Of a stretch of 64,000 nt of DNA, positions 13,091 through 25,400 are shown piece after piece. The notes under the pieces were generated by a model. That model worked only from the letters and a program-made list of their open reading frames with translations. It was not told the origin of the DNA and ran no database searches. Source of the DNA: Eimeria praecox (taxonomy: Eukaryota). The stretch lies in the NCBI GenBank assembly GCA_963920595.1, contig OY986949.1, positions 558,001 to 622,000 on the forward strand. Reading direction: 5' to 3'. Position numbers and translations under genes: made by a program. How positions within the stretch are numbered: the first letter of the stretch is position 1; each line of letters begins with the position of its first letter.

Positions 13091-16000
13091 TTTCACTATT
13101 CAGATCACAAACCTGTGGACGGACTTGCCAACCCTCTGTCGAAACGGAACTGCACTCCCTCCGGACGGGTTCCACGTTTGTGCAAACTGATTTCAATCCT
13201 CTTATCTACTGCTGTCAAGAACAGGTACGCCAATTTGGTACTCCTATTTGTCATCTGAACCAATTGAATTGAATAATAGGCGTTTTTCTGCAAAAGTGTG
13301 CAGAAAACCACTGGCCACAGCGTGCCGGTCAGGTGGAGGGCGAAGAGGCGCGACGTCGACCACGGGGCGTTATCACCAGTGGTGAAAATTGCTGTAATTA
13401 ATGGAAAATAATGTTTACTGTTAAAATACAATACGTGCAGAAACAGCAGTCACAGCTAATTAGGGATCTCAAGCAGAAGGCCATGAAGTCAAGAGGGTCT
13501 ACAGTGTCGGGCAGTCCAGTAGGCCTGGAACTAGCGGGAAAATCCCGATATAATACCGGAAAATTACCTCAATTTAGAAACAAGCTCCATTATACATGCA
13601 TCTACCAAATTGCCTATGCCAACCTCGAAAGACACCGGTGGCAGTGATCGGGGCTGCGTAGGCCAGAGTGACCAAACGCCTTAGTAGTCACTGCTGCTAT
13701 CCAGAAGCCTCCCGATGGTGTATGCTTCAGTTTGTCTCTATATGAGGTAACATTTTAAAAACAGGCAGTAACATGGTTGAGATAGATGCATGAATGGCGC
13801 TACCCTGTCAGTATTGCCCTCCTCCGCCGTCAAGTGACTAGCAGACCATCCAGTTACGGATGGATGGTTGAGGAGTGATTCTACGAGTTTGTGAATAATC
13901 GCAAGGGTACATGTATTTAGAGTAAAATTCAAGCGTGTTTGACTACCACTAGCTTTGGGGGGGCACTCGTTTGTGCCACGTGCATGGCTGGTAGGGTGAG
14001 TGCTAGGTGCACAGGGTGCTTGCATCCCGGATTAATTAGCGTGAGTGGAAGTTATGATTTCAATATAATAAACCCCACTTTCTTACGAGCACTTTGTGCT
14101 TCCAGGAAGAAGCATCATGCTACCTCCTAGAAGAACAAAGCGCTCGCGCTAGCTACTGTACGCTCTAGCAGGGCCTCTTAAGTTGGTGGATGTATTTCTA
14201 ATTGCGAGCAGGCCGCAGAAAATTTTTAAAAACTGTATATTGTGTTACGGCATGTATCGTAGGCGAGGATAGGGAATTTTTGTGTTTTGGGTTGCAGCGG
14301 GAGTTGCAGCAGGTGTTGCAACTCATGGCGGCCTGGCGTCCGCAGATGCTCCACGCCCTTGCGCAGTTGTAGTCAAGAAGCGCGTGAACTCGAATGGAAC
14401 ATGCGCCTTTTGGTAACCGTTACCTTCCAGTCATGCTCACTATATCATGGCCCGGGACTGCCTTTGGCAGGGACTCTTTTCACATTTGTTAGTACCACGC
14501 GCTTGAGAGGCACAGACGAAATTTGGTTAGCCCATCCCCGTAGATGGGCTGGCTGTTGTATATATAGCACTGAGTGGTCGTGAAGGCGATTTGGGGAAGG
14601 GGTGGGGAAGATGCTTTATATTCTCCTTAAAATCTTTGTAAAAGGTTCAGCCATTGCTCCTCTGGAAGAATCGATATTGTTCGGGATTTGCCCCGCCACA
14701 TACAGGCGACCAGCAGAGCTGGGTGCCTGGGGGCACTAGAAAGGGCAGAATTTGTAGCCAGTCCACCTGAAAGTGCTTTTACGGAGAAGGCGGCCTCATG
14801 TGCGGGCCCAACCAACCCAACCACCCCCTCTTATGCTGCATTGGCTTACACGATAGACAGTTGTTAATTGCCTACTTTGCCCCCCATGGTCATCCTGTGC
14901 ACTTGTAGAGATGAGAATATCGATACAACATAGGCTTTGCTACAGGGGGCGCATGTGCGGTAAGTTCGGGGGTGTTCAGCAACTGCTACGTGAGGTGCAG
15001 TGGTTGCACAAAAGTGTCCGCTTTGATTGGAACAATTGGGCCTTGACATAACCGAAGCTTTTGCCAGGACCTCACTTATTTGCCCATTGGTTCTGCTGGT
15101 GCGGGCGGGAGGAGCAAACCGTACATGAAGGAGTGCTTCATACCGTTTCAGCTGTACTGAGAGTATGCAGCATCCACTGTTCCTGCCGAAAGTGTTCTTT
15201 TTGTCTTCTGCGTAAAAGAGGGCACTAGTACAACCTACAACACTGAAACATTACAGGAAATTGCCAGATCTTGTGCTCGCAAAGGTTCTCTGATGGAATC
15301 GCCGATTTGGTTGCACCACACCGAGAAGTAATAGTCGGGAGAAAGCAATTTCAATTTCCCAGTGCGTGCCAACTCGTGGTTGCGTACCCGTACCAGTAAG
15401 CTGTGGTATTCACGAAGCCGATAAGACGTAATTCATCAGGAATTTTGTTTCATGAAGCGTTTTGATATTACAAAACTGCGCCGGCGGGGATCCTGTGCAT
15501 GCGGAACTCAGAATGGAGTGAGCCTCCGCAGCTCCTCTTTCACTGGGGGTATCAAGCATGTATTGTCATGGACAAATGCCCATGGTCCGCCCAAGGCCCC
15601 ATAACATAGCACACCTATTCCTGCACCGTCCTGCCAACGACAGCATGGTCCTTGACGGCGCTGGTGCTTTTCCCCGCTTCATCTACCGGCAGAGACTCAC
15701 AACTGAGGATATCCCTTAATTTGCCAGCTTGCGCAAAGCATTCTCTATCTGGGATGCAGAAGAGACCTGTTCAAGTTGCTTCTTCCAGACGGTAGGCAGC
15801 TAAGGCAACTGCCAAAATGCATGTAAAGCGTCGAAATCTAGTTCCGCCACTTCGTGAGCACAACGAGGCCTGCACAGATAGTGCAATTATACGCATGGTA
15901 ACATCACGATCACTAAGCTTGCCTACAAGCAGTGCCAATGCTCAGGCAACAAGCTGAGCGCCGAATGAGTGTCTGAAATGCAACGAGCCATATAGGCCAG

Positions 16001-16144
16001 GCCAACAAGTATCTCGCAAGACCTGAGGTTACAGCAATGTAAAATTCCTTACTCAGCCGATGCAGGCTCCAGCATGCTACTTATTCCGTTCAGAATCTGC
16101 CAGCTCCCGGCCCAAGCAACTATGTGCTGCACATATGGAGCAGG

Positions 16145-16433
16145 GTAGGTACGCAATGCGTAGTCTTCTGGATTGCTTATCGAGGCTGCAAACGGTAGCC
16201 AAAAGAGTTTTCTCCTCTCTGTGAAGAGAGGAAAAACAAGGGTTCATAGACCTTCAAAATAAATCAGGGGACCAGCAACGGCCATCAAAGTTGGAAGTTG
16301 CACCTACACCCACACCTGGTTGAAGCACCCGTTTGTGAAAAAGTTTTCAGGTTCCAGTGCTAGTAGAGCACTGGAACCTGCCCCGGTTGCCGGGTTGGCA
16401 ACCGGGCATCTAAAATGGACGCCTTCGAGAGGC
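16145..16433 (+). other. Cluster of stem-loops; candidate structured ncRNA or cis-element
   Basis: Perfect 14-bp stem 16348-16380, perfect 10-bp stem 16382-16406, 13-bp bulged stem with a GTGA loop 16207-16237, and smaller stems at 16150-16162, 16184-16200, 16239-16254 and 16421-16433. The stems are seen directly; transcription is not shown. Confidence 0.45.
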
Positions 16434-18683
16434 CTTTCCTCACATCTAACCAACCAAAGTAGGCATCTGGACTGCTCAGCAGGTGAATTCATGCGAGACA
16501 TAGAAGCTTTACATGGTGGGGAAGACGGACAGCAGAGCAGTATTCAACAAAGCTATGATCAAAGAGATGAACGTGCGATAATGCGACAAAGTGCCGGTCT
16601 GGTGGCCTTGACAATTTTTGCTGACCCTGAACTGCAAAGGATAGTGGGCACATGAGAAGCCAAAAACTCTTCTTCTCCATTGAGCTTGAACAATTTGGTC
16701 AGTTCAAAATATTGGTAGCAATGTAGCACACAAACTAAAAATTAGAGTTTGGTGGCTAGTGGAAGAAGGCTTCTTCGCAGAAAGAAGACACATGGGGACT
16801 GATCATCGTCAGAAGGAATATGCAAGTAGGTAGCAGTGAAATGTTCTAAATTAGGTCCACTGACCTAGATTCAGCGTGCCGAAACAAAAGCAAATATTTA
16901 GGCACAGAAGGCTCCAGATGGCCAGCAACTGGTCCTGCTATGCAGCATGCGTTACAAAGAACGCGGCGTAACGCTGGGTGCGCGAATGTCCTCGCAGAGC
17001 GCCGAAATGCAACACAGCTCAGCTTTTCGGCAGAGGAACGACTTCGCTGTGCTTCAAAAGCAGGTGTTGGAATGCACTTGAACTGCAAGTGAAGAATCAG
17101 AGGGCAGATTAGCCTGTGGGAAAAGTGCGGACGGTCTGCTCGACCAAGCCTTTTACATGAGCTCTGAAAGCAGGAGATATTCGATCATTGCCATCTTTAA
17201 TCTGGCAGAATGATGAGGTATTCTAATCAGGGAGGGCCCTGACAAGGCTCTCCCTTCTTTATCTGAGCGGCAGATGCAGGGCCCTTACCCCTTCTGGTTT
17301 ACCATTTGTATAGGACTTATTATTAATCGTAGGCAGCGACGCAGGATGAGAGTGCAGTGTGTTGTGCAACTGCTAGATTGGCTCATTTTTTTGCAAGGTT
17401 AACATAGTGGCGGTGGAGGGCGCACGCAAATCCTGCGACCAGTGCATTTGACGCAGCTGCTGAAGTGAAATCGACTGCTTAATCCAGCGGCCTTCTTCAA
17501 GTATGCTTAACTAAGCGACTAGGTCGTATTTTTTCGAATGTATTATAGCCAGTACCCGAGGTCCTACCCCTGCCGGCTAGCGAGGATGGGAAAGTTCGAA
17601 GGGTAGGCTTGGCATGAATTGAAAATTGCGCACTTACTCCACAAATATTTCTAGGCACTATTGTATGGCAGCACCGGGAATGCATGCTTCTACATGCTAA
17701 CTGTTTCACGCTTAAGCTGGCAGTTCTTAGCTCTTTCGAGGGACACCGGTGACCTTTCCATGTGGCACATTCTCGACAACCCTTCATCTTCTACTTCTCA
17801 GCATAACGTTACCACATTTTGACCTTTTGATTCCTCCTAAATTACTTGGGATGAAATATTTGGTGAAAGGCGAAAGTCTTAGGGGTGAGTAATTTGCGGA
17901 CAGCCGTTGCCTGCAGACGGAGCAATCGAGGCACTGCGTAAGTGACTCTTTCATCGTACGACCACATTACGGCGGCTTTCTCTCGTTGCCAAAATGCACC
18001 AAAAGATTTTACAACCATTATTCTGTTTTCAAATATAGAAAACCCTGGGGATAAGGGGTCTTTTCGACGAGCACATTGCACAGACAGCCAAAGGCCCGGG
18101 GCCCTCGTCTTCCCGACAAGGCTCCTGGACTGACCACCGACTGCTGGTTCGTTGATAAGCTGCCTGGGGCACCACAATCAATTTCGGTCTCACCAATATT
18201 TGTTGCGTCGGACAGATAGGCAAACGATTCTTTTGTCGTTCGCAAGGCCTTTGCTTTAGGCGCCTCTGCATCTACTGCTAGACCTGTTGTGCTTTAAGGC
18301 CATCGCCTTGTCAACGGCCTCCCGACTGCCATTGCGCACAAGCTTGGTCAAGCTATCAGCTCCACTCCTCATTTAGACTTTCTGGACTTCTCAGATTACC
18401 CGGCCATTTCGTTATTCTCGAGGCGCGCTGCGGTGTGTGCCTTGTGCTGATTGGAAGGCACCCGAGACGAAGCACCGCTGACTGCGAGCACTGAAAGCGC
18501 AGCCATATCTTTAGAATGAGCTGCAACTTTGCTCGTGTTTCGGAGCTAGTCAGAGACCATTCCGTAGCTCTACAAACCTGACTGGCTTCTAGCTCACACT
18601 TTGCACACCGTAGCTTCGCTCGGCCATCTTGTGTTACGCTTTCGCCTGGTGCCATCAGCCTCGGCGCTATCATCATACTAACG

Positions 18684-21600
18684 ATGTTCAGGCCCCGCTC
18701 ATTCTTCGGGGCTAGCACCTTGGTTGTATGCATCAGTACCTTTCCTTTTGCTCAAGCCCGTAGCTCTCAAAGCACCCCTGCAGGACCTGGACCAGAACAG
18801 CCGCATGGAGAGCCCGGTAAGTTTCTCATACACCATGGATAATCAGTTTCCTTCATAGAGTAATCAATGGGTTTCCCGATGTTTGCAACGCCTTAAGGAA
18901 GTTCCAGCGGCACCCGCATACCTATGTGTGCATTTTTTGCACAGAATTTCCAGCGCTAGCCGATTTGGGCTTCGTTGAGGACGATTATGAAGGTAGTGAC
19001 TGGGGCCTGGAGGGTGAAAACGAGGTCCCTCTGCAAGTAAGTCCCGAGGTCACTGCTGCACCAATTGTGGCTGGCACGCTTTTCGAAAACTGGGAGGACG
19101 ATGACGAAGAGGATGACGAGGGAGCCACAGACAGCGACAGCAGCAGCGCAGAACCCTATTCGCCAACCGACGCCGCTGCGGGATCGCCGAGAAGCGCACG
19201 ACAATGGCAGGGGACGGGGAGAACTCCTGGGGTGTTCAGCAGCAGTAGAACAACTCTTCCCCCAGACGGCTATTACAATGCACCACCAACTAGGGTGCCC
19301 ACTTCCTACAGAGAAGGGCCTGCCCAGATGCACCAGCATCAGCCACAGCCGAATACAACTAGAGCTCGAGAGCCCTTCTACCAGCAAACTACATCAGGGA
19401 TGCAAACTGGTTCCTTTGCGCATCAACCCTATCATGAAGTACCACTGTGGGCACAACAGCCAAGCTATGAAGGTTTTCGCAACCGGCCAAACAACCCGGT
19501 GCTCCATCAACGACAACCGGGTACACCGGAAAGAGATGCACACATATACGGAAGCGGCAACTCTTCAGAAGTCAACCGAGAGGCCCACACTACACGATTT
19601 CCACGAGGAACAGGCACGCCTCAGGAGAACGTTCGCGCTGGAACCCCTATACAAGGGCCCCAAACACTGCATGTACAACAGTTAAGAGGCATCTGTGCAG
19701 TTGGAGTGGAGGTTTCCAGGGGTGGCGGCATTCTACGGGAAAACTGGGAGGTGGACAGGGCTGCAGCTCTACAAGGAACCCGCACGCCTCGGGGAAGCCT
19801 TCAGAGAGGAGATGCACCTCAGCAGCGTCCTCTCGAAGATCAAAATGTCCAAAATCCCAACATCAGGCATGCGGTGGATGCAGAAACAAACAACAACGAC
19901 GGCCTCCTACAGGTCACTGGCGCATCCCACGGGAGTCGTCTCCCCAGTGAAGCAGGCACGCCTCAGGGAAGACTTTACGGGGGAGAAGGCCTTCTGCCAA
20001 GGCTTCACCCAGCCCACAGCTCCCGACATACGAGGTCGAGGAATATCTCCGCTGCAGCATACAGAATCTACGAGTCTTTACATGCTACCCGAACATCCAT
20101 GTCTCGCTTAATCCTAGGGGGGGACTCGCCAGGACCACGCCTATACAGCAGAGACGAGCTTTCTCACGATCCCTTGGCGGTTCAGTTATTCGAACTTCTG
20201 ACGAGGATGGGTAGGCCTGAAGCAGAAAGGCACAACAGGGACGATGCTCAACGAACATTGGAAGAACCCTTCACCACTAGGTCTTTCCGAGGAACGGACA
20301 CGTCGGACGCAGAGCTCGATGGTGAATTCGGCTTACAGGGGAGCGCCAATGATGGTGGTGGTGCATTAAGTGACATTGCTAATGAAATCCACACGCAGGA
20401 AACCTTATTACCTGAGCAGCAGCAGCAAGAAAATTTACGTGCCTCTCAACTGGGAAATTCTACAAGTGCAAGCGGGGGAGTTAGCCTTGCAGCCCGTAGT
20501 CGGAGTTCAGAAGTCGTCGGCTCTTCTCAGATCGTAAGAACCCAAGCAGTTTCCGCCCCCACTGTCCTTGCACCTTCGATCATGAGCGCATAAGAGCGCT
20601 CATGCAAGCATCGCAGCAGATGCCACTTAATCATGTTTCGTGACCAATCAAACGTGTGCTGGCCCTAATGCTTGCGACTTGCAGTTGAACCACGAGGCGA
20701 TGGGATTTGCCAGCGGCTGGCAAACGGCTGGCCAGGATCAGCAGCAACGTGCTGATCAGCAGGAAAATAATGCACGAGGCCTGTCCAACAGTGGAACCAG
20801 AAGCAATTACCCCTTCCACGAGCGTCATTTTGAAGGTACAGGCTTCTACAACCGGTCGGGAGTTTGGTTGCCTGCGTGGATGCCATCTTCATGCGTGAAC
20901 CTCCCGTGGGAAAGGGCGGGCAGGGCTTACGATGCGCTTTCCTCTCACCGACCCCAATGGGATATACCTTCGCCACCAGGACATGGTGGCTCCTTGGATA
21001 GCGCAGACGGCCAGCAAGCGCACACGCTTCCAGTGAACATCGACTTAGCGGCATTTCTCCTATCCTCGACAAATGAGAGTGAATTTGGAACCTTCGGCAA
21101 CTCTTCCGCGTCGTATTCTGAGGAAGAAGATTGGCCGTCGTTCTTTTGTATCACGACAAACACCTCAGAGTTTAATCTAGAGAGTGTATATAACCATAAC
21201 CGATGGAGTACGAAAAAGGTGGGCTGCCCTTCGCTAGCCCCTGCCTTCTCAAGACATGAATCGCGAAGGGATGAAGCACAAATTGGATTGACCCCTTGGG
21301 AACTTTTCAACCGCCTAAAGAGCTATCGTGAGGTGACTCTGAAGAGCGGCGCTCAGAACTCGGCATCTAACTGTTACGACTCATTCGGTGTGTCGATTGA
21401 CACTCCTCAGTGCGACAATAGGGGAATGCCGCCCTCATTGCTAAGCGTTTTGCAAGGCGAAGGTCCATTTAAGCTGGATTTTGACGCTGAGCCCTGCCGC
21501 TCTAGCCTTGACAATTCATTGGAGGACTTAGTGGATTCTGTAGCGTCACACGACAACACCTCACCATTAAGGTCTGGTGACAACTCTGCACTAAGTCTGA

Positions 21601-22442
21601 TCTACAATGCGCAGTTTGCTCTGACTGGAGCAAATAGTCTTGCCCCGTCCTCACAGGATTCCGTAATGCCGCCGGATGAAGCTTCTGTAGCTTTATCCCT
21701 CACCACAGATGCTGTATATGCAGCTCATGAAGCACTGCTACCGAGCGCTTCCAAGCCGCTTCGACAAACTCAGGAAGAGCAAGAATCACTTCGTATAGGC
21801 GGACCTCGTACCCTATCAATCAACCAGCAAGAAGAGGATGTAGAGGTAGGGCAACCACCACCCAACTACTTATGAGCTAAACAGATGGTAGGCGTGCGCA
21901 ATAGGCAATGGAAAAGCTGCCTCCAACATGGATGGATGCTTGCGTATTGCCGCCATGCTTCATTGCTTTCGTGCTGAGCTTCTTCTGCAGCACGGAGAAT
22001 CGAGACACACCTTGATGAAACTACACTCATATAAATGTTCGGTGTCTGGTCTGCAGTGTGCCCAAGCATCCTGGAAACCTGTGCCAGACGATGCGCAGCG
22101 CAATGTCGAGGCATTTGAACAGCAGGACTTGGTAGGAGCCGCAGACTTGTCTACAGGGAGCCCGCTGAGACCCTCGAGAAGCCCGGAGCTGTTCCGTGAG
22201 ACTTCAGATGGCGTTATCCAAACTTTGCAAGGACCAGCAGGTTAGGCGTTCTCCTTATCTTGCACCACAGACAAGATTCAAAGAGCCAGCTATCACTGCA
22301 CCCCAATTATTGTTTTTGCGCTTCTTGCATTCCAGCCATAGCATGTTTCGTGTTTTTTCTTATCTTGCCCTCAGCCATCCCTGAAACAGGAGACACCTGC
22401 GCATGCGTTGCTGATGCGATTGATAGCAACACAATATCTTGA
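18684..22442 (+). CDS. 5-exon gene, about 1039 aa predicted secreted low-complexity protein; diverged paralog of the array gene
   Basis: Exons 18684-18816, 18945-20533, 20685-21845, 22057-22240 and 22390-22442 (GT-AG, phases 1,0,0,1; 3120 nt). N-terminus MFRPRSFFGASTLVVCISTFPFAQA resembles a signal peptide. Acidic tract WEDDDEEDDE and GTP-motif repeats are present. Confidence 0.8.
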
Positions 22443-25400
22443 CTGCACAGACTTTATTGCTTTTTAATTGCTAGATGGAGAACAGATCAATTTAAGACTT
22501 ATTTTTGGAACAAGCGTTGCAGGGTCGACTCCTGTTCCATCGGTAGCTTGCTCATTCTTATAACGATGGCTTATAGCCTAAGTGTGGTCTTGCTATTTTT
22601 ACAAACATTTCCTAGGAGGCCTATTGTTTTGCGAAGCCAGTGGAGACTTTTATGCTGTTGAATGGCAGACCGCTGCGCTCTCGTCGGCTGACCATGAACA
22701 GCAGATTCTCATGCGCCATCACTGTTTTCTGGAAGTTGAAGTTTCACGGTGAAAACTTGCAAGGCTCTACAAAGATAGTTGTGCATTACCAAATAGGCAA
22801 AAAGGAAATTTATGCTTTTAAATGGCCCGTAAAATATGCAAGCAGGGGTGGTGGGACTGGACGCCTAGCTGTTACGGCTTCCCTGAGGAGAGACTTTTCT
22901 TCGTGGTATCGGAGATCGGGGGATTGATCGAGTGCTTGGATACCGTTGCCGCTTATGTTTCCGCGAAGAAGAGCGCCCTTATGGGTCCGACGGCTGGCTC
23001 CGTGGAAGGGGCCTACGATTTGCAGGGGCCCATCCCATGATGTTTTGAGGCGTGCATGCTCCTTGAGAAAATCGTATCCTGAACCTTCCTGGATGGCGTG
23101 CTTACGGCAGCCACCGCTTTGCGCAACCGATATACGCACTTAGCCTGAGTAGTGGATGCCTGGAGTTACATGAATTGCTTACGACTTGCTGCAAGCATCA
23201 ACTTCCCATGTTGCTTTCCGCTATCGTGGAACCCTAAGCGAATTGTTGCCCTAAAGCACAAAGGCTCTCCACGGAAACTCTGTAATATTCATTTGGAATA
23301 CTTAGGACACCTATCCTTGCGTAGTACATTTCCAAGCGCTCCGTCGGAAGCTTACTGGACATTGCTAGCTTGAGATTGCAAGCCTAGTTTCCTAGTCGTA
23401 TCGACGCCACTGCAAATTTATGAATAATGACAAGCAGAACGTTGCACGAGCGACGCAGAGCCCAGGAGCAGCAGCTGTTCCGTCAGTTGCTGCGTCAGGG
23501 ATGAATTGCTTCAGCACTGGCTAGATCGTGGATGCCAGCCGGCCAGCCTCAGCAAGCCCATACTCCCTTAATTATGCACTTACATGGACCACAATTGTTT
23601 TTCAAAGCGGACGAGCCTTGCATCCTATTGGAGAGCATGCTGGTGTGCCCTCGTCGCCTCAGGCGGTACCTGGCCCACCTTCCTTCATTTACCATGAACA
23701 GCTTGCTGCCTGTTGCAGTCTATGGTTGCCGACTCTGCATGGTGCATTCCACTGCGTGCCACTTATCAATGTTATGTTGAGTGCAACAAAGCCTTGATCT
23801 AGTATGGGAAGGGACTAGGGAAACATAAATCTATGTGGACTGCCCAATCAACAAAATCGGAATACATGCGTTGAACGTAGACGTATTGATGTGATATGAA
23901 ACTCCGAAGTTGCCGTGCTTTGTCCTTGGCATAAACAGGACTCGAGCTTTGCAACGATAGGTAATAGATTACTTATATACTCGAGGGTGACAAACAGAAC
24001 TGCATATGAGGTCATCACAGCAGCCAAAGGGTTACAGGAAGCGAACATTTAACTCAGCTGCATTGCACTTTGTTGCTGCAGCTATTGGGAGAGCCTGTCT
24101 TTCTACAGTTAAGTGTAACATTAATTCAACTCACCAGCCCCTGCATGGGTGCTCCTCTAGTCAAATGCTTGGCGTAAAGCGCAAAGGCTCTCCACGGAAA
24201 CCCTGTAATATTCATCTGGGTTTGGCAAAGCGTTGCCAAGGGAAATGTGTATCGCTTGCGAAGTACTGAGCAACTAATCGGGTGTCCGGCAGCCTGGAAA
24301 CTTCTCTTGTTGTGGAGGCCGCAGATGGGGGTAAGGCTGCACTAGCGTTGGTGTCTGAAGAACCTGTGTCGAGCAATCCAGTTCGTTGCTCTACGGAGAT
24401 ACAGCCACTGGCGAGAGAAAGTGACCTCGCCGTACAGACGATTTAAGGGGCACCTGATGAGGCAAGGCTGCTTCCCTGGGTTTTAATCAGGAGCGAGCGA
24501 AAGCTGGATCTATGGCCAGACATACTTTGTATTTCCCCATAGATTCTCCCTGCCACTCGCCTCTAATAGCCTGCAAATAATGCGACGAAATCTTGGCCGA
24601 CGGTATTTGTTTCCGTGAGAACGGAGAAGATCTGGACTACCCAGCCCAAAGCAATGGCATCACCTCCAAGTGTTTGCTGCTGGAGGTGCCCACTGTTTCG
24701 CTATCACAGGACCAGCCATCAACGCAGCAATGAAATGACGGCGTGTATATCTGAGCCCACGAGGCAAAGGGTGCAAGCATGACTGCTTACTCACTAAGGA
24801 AGGAAAGCGCATGCTCAGTCACGTCACCACCGATAGCATGAGTGGTTAAGCCAGCGCAGGCAAAACCCAGCACAGACCGGCTCGCATCTTCTGTTACACA
24901 CACGGCCTTCAGCACCTGTGACAGTACGCAAAGACCCCATTTCTGCTTCGCGTCCGCGCAGTAAACACAAATTATCAGCATTGTCATGTGATGTTTCTAC
25001 CGCACTTTCGCTTGAAAGGACGATGCAGATTTAGGGAGTGAAACGGGCACTGAACCAATATTATGCTCTGAGCATGGGGCTACAGCGTCACGAAAATTCC
25101 GAGGCGCAGCGGAAAAGCCACGAGATTGTGCATATCCTACTCTGCATTAGAACAACGCGGAGGTGCGTAAATGCTTAAACACCCGCAACTCAAGATGACC
25201 ACTTGCCATTCATGCTGTGAAGAGAAAGATACAAAAGGGAAGGCACGTGTAGTCCATGCAATAGTGCAATAGACGAGGTACCCAGCAGTGTTCTGTTTCG
25301 TTCTGCTTCTGAACAGCGCAGAGTACACAGTGCTCCCTTACTCATGCATGTTTTAGATATATGGAGGGATTATCTAGCTTAGAGGTGGATGCCGGATGAG

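Noticed and set aside
16320..16655. 111-aa ORF overlapping the hairpin cluster
   Set aside because: Non-ATG start and no recognisable motif. The 3' half could be an orphan exon but is unsupported.
24454..24506. CTGATGA...GAAA hammerhead-like core in each unit
   Set aside because: Stem II does not close directly on the core, and the GAAA is mutated in units 3 and 5.
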